Below are positions 1 through 11,639 of a DNA stretch of 64,000 nt, piece after piece. Below the pieces are notes generated by a model that was given only the letters and a program-made list of their open reading frames with translations, searched no databases and was not told the origin of the DNA. Position numbers and translations under genes: made by a program. Positions within the stretch are counted from its first letter, which is position 1. Every line of letters begins with the position of its first letter. Origin of the DNA: Lytechinus pictus (lineage: Eukaryota); NCBI RefSeq assembly GCF_037042905.1, contig NC_087245.1:15068001-15132000 (forward strand), given 5' to 3'.

Positions 1-1559
1 TTTTCTTCATAATCTTTTAAACTCTATTTTGGCTACACTCTGTCCTAAATAATACTATTAGCTATATTTAATGTCTAGTTTAAAGAATTGAAGAAATGGC
101 TGTCATGATATTATATTTTGGTAAAGGTGCATCAAATTCATAGTTGCAGCATTCAGAATGGAATAACTGTTGCTTAAAAAAAAATGGATTTAGTTGTTTT
201 CCGAAAATCCTCTGTGAAAATTTTAGTTATATCACTGAGTTTTCCCATTCCTGCAGTTACCACCATCTGAAAGGGATATGACTAGAATATATGTAGAGAA
301 ATAAAAGTAATCATTTGCTCAATGAACAGTGAATACGTTCGTCCTTACTCCAATGGAAAATTATTTGCATTTTTTGTGACAGTCAGATCTTGCATCCAAC
401 AATTTTGCTACTGAAACATAATATTAATTTTTTGACAATTGGAGATGTAGGATGTATAAAGCAGGGGCTGTCACAGAAATATACTGAAAAATTAAATGAA
501 AGAAAATAGAAGGCAAAAATTTATTGTGCACCTATGCATATTTTTGATATGGTATGTTATTGAGTCATGGATTTGCAAGTGAATTTCTAAAACAAGTGCA
601 GAGATTTTTGTATATATATATTTCTATAATTAGTTGCATGATTAAAGGTACACTTTATAAAATGTAAGAGAAAATATACTTGGAGAGATAGAGGGTAAAA
701 AAAGGAGAGAGGAAACATTAGATGGTATGGTGAAGCTCAAAATCAAGAGTGATGTGATATAGTTAAAAAGAGTAGGAATGGAATATGAATAAAAGACTGA
801 GTAGGAGAATATGAATAAACAATGATTAATTGGCTACTGTAAACAATTTTTTACCAAAGCAGAATGCATTAAACATCAAATGAATGGTCTGAACTCTGAA
901 GTGCAAATGACTCTTCTTACCTTTTAATGGGGGGGGGGGGGGGCATTTTTCAACCCCCTATTTTTTCAGGGGGGGGGGGGTTAAGTTCCTAGTCATAATC
1001 CTTTAACTTTAACTTTTATGAGGTCATTTTCTAAAGACCCCCCCCCCCTCCCCCCCCCCAAAAAAAAGGGAGTAATGTCTCGCTTTAAAATACAAAGACC
1101 CCTGAGGGGCAAAGGCGTAGACTGGTTGAGCATGGGGAGATAGAAGTGGTATGGGGAGGGGTGCACATCTTGGGGAGGTGGAACTAAGGTTTGGAAAATT
1201 AGCCGTTGAAAGTAGAAGGGGTACACATTTTGTTTTGCTTGCCAGTGTTGGAACTCCTTTGCCACAGCGGAAGGTTTCACATTCACCCAGTGTACCCCCA
1301 GCCTATGCCCTTGAGAGGATGCTTATTTCAAGAGTGTTAATGGACACCGCCTTTAACCTTTATTTTGATGTCAGATTTTAAGGACCAATCCCGCTCCTCC
1401 CCCAAAACCTAGAAATATTACTGAAGGTGACTCATATATTTTAATGCAGTTTAGAATTTAATATGAATCTTTACCCAAAGATGAATATTTCTTCAAACTT
1501 TTATGAGCACTGACTAAAAAAAGGGGAAGTCATTTGATCCACAATGAGTTTTCCTGCAT

Positions 1560-2507
1560 TTCTGGCTATCATATGTGGTTACCATGGCAATATACTCTCT
1601 GACAAATGCACACAAAAAATGGTTCCTGCACATCTTTACCTCAAGGCAAATGTATGAGCCAAAAATGATTTCATGAGAAATGGTTCAAAACTGATGAAGT
1701 TGTTCAAATTGCAAGGTTTTTACCTAAATTTTGCCATATAATATGTTGTTACCATGGCAACACAATTTCTGAAACACATACAAAAAGTGCCTTGTACATC
1801 TTTACTCTAATACCAATGTGTGTGTCAAATTTCATGAGAATTGATTTAAAACTGATGAAGCAGTTTGAATTGTAATTTTTTCCCCAATTTTCACCAAATA
1901 ATATGTTGTTACCATGGCAACAAGATTTTTTAAAGACACACAAAATGTGTCTTAGACATCTTCACCTCAAGACCAATGTGTGTGCCAAATATCATGAGAA
2001 TCGGATGACAACAGAGGAAGTTGTTCTAACTGCAAGATTTGTACCTTATTTTTGCCATAATACACTGTTACCATGGCAACACAATTTCCAACACATGCAA
2101 AAAATGTGTCTTGCACATCTTTACCCCAAGACCAAAATATGTACATACACACCAACATTCAACCCCCTCCATCACCACCCTTCGGCTTGTTTAGCATCTG
2201 CATTCAGATATTTAGTGCATCGAGATGTGAGGACAAACAGAATATTTGTTCAAAAAGGGTCTGAATTCAAGAACTAAACCAATGCAAAATAATGCACTGC
2301 TATTGAGTTTTGCACTAGCGCTAGTCTATATATCAGACCAATCTAAACTCATAAATTTTGACATTTTCACCCATTTTTTCACTGTTCCTGCAGCCAGATT
2401 TTTTGGAGCATACCCCATTTTTAATTCTCATACATAAACAAAGGTCTGGAGAAAAAATCATGCTTTTGTCCACCGTGTCCACATAATTCCGCTAACAGAC
2501 CAGACTA
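1560..2507. mobile_element. Academ-like DNA transposon end with ~160-bp subterminal repeats
   Basis: GTTACCATGGCAA x4 (~1578, 1748, 1908, 2067). Terminus ...cagaccagACTA resembles the terminus of the element at 16882-20213. Confidence 0.5.
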
Positions 2508-3063
2508 GTACGGCCACCTTGGCATCCGCGACGACCGTAAACTGCGTGGCGGGAGATAAACTGCACTGCCTTGTTGAGTGGGTGCTGCAAACAAACGGCG
2601 CTGCCTCAGGCAGTTACGGACCGGCCCTTGCGAAGCTGCATGAGCGCCAATTGAACTTTAATTTAATTAAACTTTAATTTAAAGGGAAGTTCACCATGAT
2701 CCTTAGTTGGGGTTAAAAATAAAGCAAAACAAAAAGGGAAATTTAGTGTCATAAATGAATTCCTCATACTCATAGTCATAGTCCATAGAAAACGTAGTGA
2801 ATTTGTACTGTCTGTCTGTACTGTAGTGTAGTTGATCTAGACTCGAGTCTAGACTAGTTTAGTTTTACCATGGCATGGATCCTAGGCTATGTACTAGAAC
2901 AGGATAAACAGGATAGGAATCTTCAGCTCATAAGTAGCCAGGCGGCTTCTTGAGAGTAAAAATTATTTACTAACGTATGCTTACTCTCAATGCAGCCAGG
3001 GATTCCTTCCTATTCATCTGCGTGTACCGCAAAAAAACCTGTAATGTAACTGTCTTTTGCCCC

Positions 3064-3576
3064 CGAGATTTCTACTTTCCTTCTAAAACATCTACCCATA
3101 AATCATGTACATGGGATAAAACTTCATTTCCGACATTTCTATGCTCTCGGTTTTATTTTTAAACAAGAATTCATTAAAAAAATGAGAAAAATATTGTGAA
3201 AAGACGGAAGAGACTTGCCCGATGTTTACGCCGCCATCTTGTTTCCTATTTACTTCCCCAACGTTACGGACGCGTGCGTCGCGTAATGTTGGGGAAGTAC
3301 AATAAGAAACGAGATTGCTACTTTCCTTCTAAAACTAAAAGATCTATCCCAGAATCATGTAAATGGGATATAACTTCATTTCCAACATTTCTGTGCTATA
3401 ATTCATCAAAAAAATGAGAAAAAATATTATGAAAAGTTGGGGGAGACTCGCCTGATGTTTACGCCGCCATTAGTAGTAATGTCAGTAATGTTGAAATGCT
3501 GAAAAAGATGGCGGCGTAAACATCGGGCGAGTGTAATGTGGCTAAATATTTTGCTATCAAATCTGAACTGACCAAG
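3064..3576. promoter_or_regulatory. Promoter-like cluster with three YY1-like (AAG)ATGGCGGC motifs in both orientations, a tandem duplication and a hairpin
   Basis: GCCGCCATCTT 3230-3240, GCCGCCAT 3463-3470, AAGATGGCGGC 3505-3515. Donor AAG|GTAGGC at 3577. Confidence 0.4.
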
Positions 3577-6500
3577 GTAGGCATTTTATAATACTTTTGT
3601 TCTCAATTTTTATAAAACATTTTAGCATCCACGCTTCATTTCAAATTCCTCAATCTTTTCCCATATTTTGGGTGCTCCTAATTTTTTTCAAAAACAAGTT
3701 TTTTAATCTCAGCATTTCAATTAAATTCAAGTTGAAATTAAATGGTTACTAGAGATATCTTTTGATTTGAATTTGATGAGACATCATAAACTTTGCTTTG
3801 CGTGCACTGACCGCCTCCTTTAAAATTAAATCCTGGCTACGCAGTTGCTTTTTTTAGTGTGTTATTTCATATTCTACAGATTTGACAATAAGGACCAACT
3901 TGACTGAACCATAAAAACAATGGTAATTCGATACCTTCTGGGATAAATAAAACACTAGTAGTGATCACTGCTGGTCTGTAAGTCTGTCGGTCTGTTACAG
4001 AAATGTTTTTTGTTCAACTTGCTCTTTTTCCTTTATTTCTGCATCAATTATGTTCATACAAGTTGGTACATACATTGTATATGACCCTTGGGTAATACCA
4101 AATGTAAGCTCATGAGAATGATAGGGTAAATTGTCATTGAGGGGTCAAAAGGTCAAATGATATGCGTTTAAGGTTCATCCTTTGAAGTTTTTGTTCAACT
4201 TGCTCTCATTTCTTTATTTCTGAATCAATTATGTTCACACTTGGTACATATGATCCTTGGGTAATAACCACATGTGTGTTCATGAGGATGATGGAGACGA
4301 AGGTCATCTAGGGGTCAAAAGTACAAATGATATGAGGTCATGTCCATCCATTTTTGAAATTTATGTGCAACTTGTTCTCATTTCTTCATTCCTGCATCAA
4401 TTTTGGTTAAAATAATCATAGGGTAATACCACATGTGTTTTGTTGAGGATGATGGGATCAAAGGTCATGTAAGGGTCAAAAGTTCGATTTTTGTTCTAAT
4501 TCCTCTTGTTTCTTTATTTCTGCATCAGTTACATTTGGACATGCGTCTTTAACTCGCCCCACAAAAAGGTAGTGGTGTTACGCTTTTTCAATTTTCATTT
4601 GGTTGAACATACAATAGCTCAGTTGAACAGAGAGATATTGTCATGAAATTGGTATCATGTCTGAAAAGATGAGCGCAGTAGCATGTGAATTCGCGACACA
4701 GAGACCGATAGAACGCAAAATGGTGAGGGTGGTGTGGGGGGGGGGCGGTACACACAAAGTCTATCGGGTGAGTCACGTTTCATATTTTAAAGGTAAGTAA
4801 CTTTTGTAAACAAAGAGCTAGGGATTTGATTTTGGTCTCATTTTAACTTGAGGTCAGAAGTATAATTATTTATTTATATAATTTATTATTTATGTAATTA
4901 ATTTATTTACTTCAATAATTGTGATGTATCCATCTACTTTTGCCAGTTCATGTTTCATGGACTGCCCTTGAATATATATATGTACACAGATTTTTGTGCA
5001 ATAGCGACATCTCCCAGTGAATCCATACCACTTCTACTTGCGCTCACACCCATATCATGCTAGCACGCACGTTAAACATCCTCTTTGTTTCTTCACCTTC
5101 ACTGAGTGAAGACGTCTACAAGAAAGTCTCTTCTTGAAACAGCTAAGTACACTTCAAAAATACGCTTTTAGGCAGTATTTTGTTGCTTTTTGCAAATAGT
5201 TTCATTGCCAACCATTTTTACTTTGGTACTCATGGTTTGGCTCATTTGAATTTCTCTGAGTGCGACTATTATTAAGTAATTTTCTGAATTGCTTCTTTTT
5301 TATCCCATTGTACTATTTTTGTACACAGTGTTTATGTGGGATCTTCTTCCTCCCATAGCTCCCCGCGCTTTTCTTGCATGATTGCTCTGTTTGACGTCCA
5401 GTCTAACTTTATTCTCGTCTTTTGACACGCAAATATTTTCTCCTTTGCTACACAGCCGGAGTTTTGGCATTGCCAGTCCTCCTGGGTTTGAAACATGAAT
5501 TCTTTCCTCTGCTTTCATTTCAGATTGCAGCTGCACTTAAATTCTTTTATTCAGTCTCCCTTTTATAGGTTTTTAGACTTGGTTTTGCTCCTTTTAGAGA
5601 TTCTTATTATTAATTCTGCCTCTTTTGGCTTGATGGATTATTTAATTAAATTAGTTTATAATCATTGACTTCTCGCCTTGATTCTGTTTGGCTGAGAATC
5701 AGTGTAACTGTCGGATAAACGGATTGGTCAAGTATCCGACATTCCTTTCATGAAACATCCCTCATATGTTCGTTACGAGCAGATAACCCTGCGTCTAACA
5801 GCATATTCTGATTTCTCCTCTCCCTCTGTTCCAGAGCCTCAGAGTTAAACATTTCCGTCTCGGATAGTTTGCTTTATGAATCTATGCTGACCATTGTCGG
5901 CACACTCTGGATACAATCCCAGAAGAACTTGTTCAGGGGAGCAATCGCCTTTCTTGAGGAGATTGAGGGTAAAAAATGGGCAAATGAGATTATGAACAAT
6001 TCTTGATGCCTCCCACTCGTGGTTCTTCCATTCGGAAACCGTCAAAGACTCCCCCAAGCCGCGGAGCAGCTTCGCGGCAGCTTTATGCAACAGTTAGCCA
6101 CGGTGGCCCAAGAAGAGCGAGCGAAAAATGTTTCAATGTTAACCCGGTGTTTACCGGCACTCATATATTTTCTATATCAACGAAGTAATATCACAACTTT
6201 TATTTAAGTTGCTGCATGCTCTCGAGCTCTGTTGCGTTTTACCCACCAACTCCATGCCCTTTTTATCCCTTGATTCTCGGTGGATAGAAGGCGAATCATC
6301 GGCATCTTACGTGGCTGGAACGGAATTAAAATTCCACTACCACCGCTACCTGCTGGGGCACATATAGCCCTTCTGTCGCAGGTTTTTCTGGGCGCCCGCT
6401 CGAGCAATCACCCCCTAATTGCGGGGCGCTGTCTTAACTCCCTAACCGCAATCAGCTGGTAGGAGCTTCAGGGCTTCATTACTCTACTACTACCCTTACA

Positions 6501-6726
6501 GTGTACATCGAAGTTTGAGAAATTTGAGGTTAAGCTACCCGTAATTTCGGGCAACTCCACCTCCTCCGGGTGTTCTTGAGATCTGAAGGTTCGTCCTCAT
6601 CGACTCTACACAGATTTACGTGTTGTGTAACAATCAGGCAAAGAGCCGAGAATCTCTCCTACCCTTTTTTGCCACACCTTCTAGGGTGCGATGGAGGAGA
6701 AGAACAAGGCATACCTCCCCTAATCT

Positions 6727-7021
6727 TAATAATAATAATAATAATACATCAACATTTATAAGGTGCTTACTACGGGTGTTTCTAAGCACAGTGTTCAGTT
6801 TAAAAAAGAATTGTTGAAGGTAAAAATGATACAGCTAATGCAACTAATACTAATTATCAAAACTGATGTGCACCTCCAATTGACCAGGACCCAAAACTGT
6901 GAATCATGTATTTAACAAGTAGGTTTTGAGTAGGGCTTTGAACTGATTCACAGACTTGGCATTATGAATGAAAGATGGTGGCTTACTCCAAAGGAAAGGG
7001 GCAATTGAAGAAAAGGCGCTT
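6727..7021 (-). mobile_element. L2-clade LINE 3' end inserted in DIRS copy 1
   Basis: Minus-strand SAFSSIAPFLWSKPPSFIHNAKSVNQFKALLKTYL matches the L2 ORF2 C-terminus. (TTA)n tail. Confidence 0.8.
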
Positions 7022-7234
7022 TGTAGGGGTTGGAGGTAGGGTAGACCACTGCTCTGCTCCTCCCCCCCCGTGTCATCAGGGATGGGCTGAGGTTGTTTTA
7101 CCTTTCCTTGAGGGAGCATTAACACCTCACCCTTTTGGGAAATAGTCCACTTCTTTCTGAGTTAGTAATTTCTAACCTCGGTATAGTGGCTGGTTGGTGC
7201 TTATTATATGGGAGTAGTCACCCGACTTCCCTTA

Positions 7235-7473
7235 CTGCCTTTTCATACGGTAAAAAAAATGATAATTTGAATCATGATTCCAGTGAAAATTAAGGCTAAT
7301 GACAAATTTTTAGCATATATGAGACCAAACTAGAATCGCGAACGCTAATCACAAATACCGTACAAATTCTACTCCTTAGGTACAAATTTTCTGTGTGAAA
7401 GGTCCGATGATTCTAAAGACTAATTGCGATCATTATTACAAAGATATTTCAAGATTCACATGTGAAAAGGTCC
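7235..7473. mobile_element. PIF/Harbinger-type MITE
   Basis: CCTTTTCA...TGAAAAGG TIR with TTA TSD. The empty site (cccTTAgtgtac) is visible in DIRS copy 2 at ~13718. Confidence 0.7.
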
Positions 7474-8302
7474 TTAGTGTACTACGCCCCTGTGCTTTCA
7501 CATTGCCCAGTTGGCTTAACTCATTGTAGTTTTTGCCTCTTTTGGTGAGGAGTCTGTTGGTTATTCTATTTTTTATTTTTTACACAGACCCATCTGTGTG
7601 GAAAATACCTTAGTGTTGCTTTGCTCAGTTGTGTTATCAGGGAGGCTTTCACACCCTCCCGTTGTCGTAAATTCCTCACCATTTTGCACGAGTGTGCTCT
7701 TTTGGTGTAGGATTTTGTGAACAAGTCTCCAGGGGCCGAATCCTTCTTCACTCAGATGTGTTATCAGGGAGGCTTTCACACCTTCCCTTTGGTGTAAATT
7801 CTTCACCTTTTGCACAGCGTGCTCTAGGGTGTATGAATTTGTGCACAGGTCTCTGGACTTTCAAACACAGCCAGACCTGAGCCTCCCTCGGCTGCGAGCC
7901 TTCCATTGTGCTACAATTCAGGATTTTTCACACCACCCCAGTATTATACCCTTCCCCTTGGCACTTTGGTGCTCTACAGGGGAACGATACCTATATATGG
8001 CTTGTTGTTAGACGACACGATCGACTTAACCTCAAGCTGTTTTTGGTTTGGTGGGGTAGTACTAGGATACCTTGTATCCTCCATAGCACACTACCTATCT
8101 GAAGCCTATCCTCCCCCTCATTTTAGGAGGAGTCTGCTGTGCTGGAGCTCACGCCTTCCCGCGTACCTTCATTTCTGTCACGGAAATAGACTTCAGGTCA
8201 ATCTACATGTAGGTTTTTACACAAGCTTTTCAGATATGCTTGTTGTGTCTCCTCAGGCTGGGCTTGTATGAGCTCACTTCAGTGACAACCAGTCTCAACC
8301 TG

Positions 8303-8370
8303 AGGTGCTCTGGCCAGATGGTCTATTGCGTCCGACTGCACCATGAAAGTCAGAGGTTCGATTCCCGGCA
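8303..8370 (+). other. tRNA-derived Pol III (A/B box) cassette inside DIRS copy 1; truncated equivalent at 14483-14533 in copy 2
   Basis: A box TGGCCAGATGG, B box GGTTCGATTCC, GTGC...GCAC acceptor-like ends. Confidence 0.6.
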
Positions 8371-10212
8371 CGACTCTTTTCCTAGACATTTTGCCCTTTA
8401 ATCTTGCATCTAGGTATAAAGAGGCTTATGCTTACCATATTACCCCTTGGGGTCACAGTGCTTTATGGTCGGGGGCAAGCACATATTCCGGGCTTTACCA
8501 TTCGAATTTTGCCTCATTGGCTGTTTTCCTATTGGCTTGTTTATTCAAACTCAAATCTGGCATATAATACTTGTCCCAAGTGCCCTCCAAGGAGGAAATT
8601 TGCGCATTTTTGGAGTCTCTCTTAGTCTCTTGTCGCCTTAACGTATTCTCCGTTTGAGCCTAGGTTAGGCCTTCTTGATCGCATCACATTACGTGCTTAT
8701 GTTTTACGGCCAGGCTTTTTAGACCGGAGAGGCGTAGAATCCGACCGATTCCAACACCTCCTTTCTTGGCCAAGAATCATAGGATTCCTTCTAGCTCTGT
8801 CTTGATCCGGGCATTCGAGTGCTATCTTGACAAGACATAGTATGTTCGTAACTCTTTGTATTCTCACATAAAATTCTCCCGCTTTTTTGCTTTGGATCGT
8901 TTGGGAGTTCCAAGCGGGGCTATTGATGTGAGGTCAGAGGCTCTCGATAATAGAAGTATCCACTCATCTTGAGCACTCTTCTTCAAGGTGTTCTCCCTGA
9001 TGACTTAAGACGCTCCTAGCATTTTGCCTTCCTTGGCTGAGGAGAGTTTGTGCCCTCAGGCTTTAAAGCAACAGCCTCTGCATCTATATCTCCCTTGAAC
9101 TTGATTACTTCCTTTTTGTGACATACCTCCCACGGTTTTCCGTGCCAGTCTAGCAAAAGTAGATGGATACATCACGATTATTGAAGTAAATCATGAAAAT
9201 ACTTGCCTTATTTTCTTATTTACAAGATAATCGGATGTATCCATCTACTATCCCACCCTACATCCCCTCGCCTTGCGTGGCAACATGTCACTTTAGCGAG
9301 TGCTCAAAGGGGAGGTTTAACGTGCGTGCTACCTTGATATGGGTGTGAGCAGAAGTAGAAGTGGTCATGGGTTCGCCGGGAGATGGTGCTATTGTGCAAA
9401 AATCTGTGTACATATATATATTCGAGGGCAGTCCATAAAACATGAACTACCAATCTGATTATCACGTAAATAAGAAAATCCGGTAATTTTTTTAATGATT
9501 TGAATTAACTGCAATTAACAATAATTAATTGAGAAAACCCGAAAATTCCTTACATAAAATACACAAAAATTCTCGCATAGGAACAGTTTATAATATGATT
9601 TCTTTGGTCAAATGGAGACATATTATGAGATTTGTGTCATTTGAAAGCCGAGTGTAAGCTTTATTAGGGTTGAGGGTATAATCTTAGAAATATATGCGCA
9701 TCAGTTTGTAATAAATTAAAAGAAAACATGAATAAAACAAGGGTAGTTGAGTGGTGGTGGAAGCGGTACACATTACATGTGGCTCTATGGGATTTTTTAA
9801 TGATATTATTAAACATACATAACTTTGGTTTTTAAGAGGCTAGACCTTTTATTTTGGTCTCATTTTTCAGCTAAATATCACAGGTATAACAATACATCTT
9901 TAAACACCACATACAATTGTTAATTAATCATGATTTATTAGAAAAAATAGGTAAAAACTGTTTAAAATGTCGGTTTTGGATATTTGAAATTAACATATTT
10001 ATCTAATTTGCCTCGATGAAATTACTGAATCCACTTAAGTTATATATCATTTGAAAGGGAATTTCATGGGCAATGTAAGCTCATGAGAATGATAGGGTCA
10101 AAGTTCATCTGGGGTCAAAATATCAAGTTCTTGTTCAAACTGCTCTCATTTCTTTATTTTTGCATCTATGATGTTAAAACTTGGTTCAAATGATAATTGA
10201 ATAATACTACAG

Positions 10213-10369
10213 GGGGGCGTTTCATGAAAGGACTTGTCGGACGTTTTATCCGACAAGTCCCATTTTATCCGACAGTTACCATAGTAATAGTACCTCTAAG
10301 CCAATCAACATCAGAGAAAGATGTCAGATCTGACAACTTGTCGGATGAAAATGTTGATGAAACACTCCC
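10213..10369. mobile_element. Harbinger-like MITE (related fragment at ~5690-5765)
   Basis: GGGGGCGTTTCAT...ATGAAACACTCCC TIR with CAG TSD. Confidence 0.7.
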
Positions 10370-11443
10370 CAGGTGTGTTCGTGAGGACGATTAGGTCAAA
10401 GGTCATCTAAGGGTCAAAAGGTCAAATGATATGAAGTCATGTCCATCCTTTTTCAATTTTTTTTTCAACTTGCTCTCGTTTCTTTATATCTGTATCAATT
10501 GGTACAAATAATTGGGTATTACCACATGTGTGTCTTGAGGATGATAAGGTCAAAGGTCATCTAGGGGTCAAAAAGATCATATTGCTTATTTTGTTGATCG
10601 CGAAATTAGGCGAGCCTTGTGGTTTATGAACCACCTTGTCAAACCCCCATTCTCAAAGACCGCTGTAAGGTCATGAAATTTGCTTGATCTATCAAAGGTC
10701 TTTCAATGAACTTTCAAAGATCTCTGAGGTCTTTCAAAATTTCTGATTTATCTTTAAGTGATCTTCATGATCTCCTTGATCTCAAAAACTTTTTGAAACA
10801 GTTCAAAGTGTTCAGTCTTGCAGTGGGCTTTCAGCAATCTTTCAGCGGTCTCTTATTAGTCTTTCCATGATCTTTTGACAGTCTCTCAAGATTTTTGCGG
10901 AGATCACTGAATGATTTTCTTCAATAATTGTGATGTATCCATCTACTTAACTTTGCTAGTTCATGTTTATGGACTGCCCTCAAATATTTTGTACACAGAT
11001 TTTTAAGCAATAGTGCCTTCTCCCTGCGAACCCATGTCACTTCTGCTCACACCTATATCATGCTTGCACGCACGTTAAACCTTCTCTTTCTTTCTTCGCC
11101 CTCGCAGAGTGAAGACGTCTACAAGAAAGTCTCTTCTCAAAAGAGCTAACTACACGTCCAAAATACGTTAAGCCGTATTGTGTTGCTTCTTTGCAACCAG
11201 ATTTATTTCCAACCCTTTTTATTTTAGTACTGTATGGTTTGGCTCCTTTTAAATATCCTGAGCGCGACTTTTAAGCAATTTTGTGAATTGTTTCTTCCTA
11301 TTTATCCCAGTGTACTATTTTTGTACACGGTGCCTATGTGAGGTGTATTTCCTTCCATAGCTTCCCCGCACTCTCTCTTGCGTGATAGCTCTTTGTTCAA
11401 CGCCCAGTCTTTATTTTTCATGTCCTTTATTACGTGAATAGTT

Positions 11444-11639
11444 GATTATAATAATAACATGCAACATTTATATAGCGCTTAATACAAATGTTTCTAAGCG
11501 CTGCATACTATTACCCCGGCTTTAGCATGGCTACCCTGATTGGGCACTCGAGCATTCCAGGAATTCCTTCCTACTGGGTACCCATTTACTACACCTGGGT
11601 GGAGAGTGGCAAATGTAGATAAACGCCTTGCCAAAGAAC
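11444..11639 (-). mobile_element. 5'-truncated SINE with L2-like tail inserted in DIRS copy 2
   Basis: Body matches the SINEs at 26007 and 29212 (attaccccggc, gggtacccatt, cacctgggt). GAATAGTT TSD. Absent from DIRS copy 1. Confidence 0.75.

Larger units (their letters stand above)
4906..9501 (+). mobile_element. Decayed DIRS1-type tyrosine-recombinase retrotransposon, copy 1
   Basis: Inverted terminal repeats (~4945-5083 vs ~9310-9449). Internal complementary region 9151-9249 is complementary to both termini (junction catgaTTTacttcaa). TTT termini. Relic YR motif LC-IRAFECYLDKT*YVR (~8795-8850), IHSS* (~8960), MT-like AYPPP (~8105). Confidence 0.85.
3960..10640 (+). mobile_element. Helentron-associated (HINE/DINE-1/Tsp-like) element with ~120-bp GGTCAAAGGTCA tandem units, interrupted by DIRS copy 1 and other insertions
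   Basis: GTCT microsatellite at ~3975, tandem units at 4000-4530 and 10070-10575, 3' stem-loop gtggtt-tatg-aaccac followed by CTTGT at 10620-10639. Confidence 0.55.

Noticed and set aside
929..1070. Poly-G and poly-C runs as functional G-quadruplexes
   Set aside because: Homopolymer runs typical of MITE remnants in such genomes and of uncertain length in assemblies.
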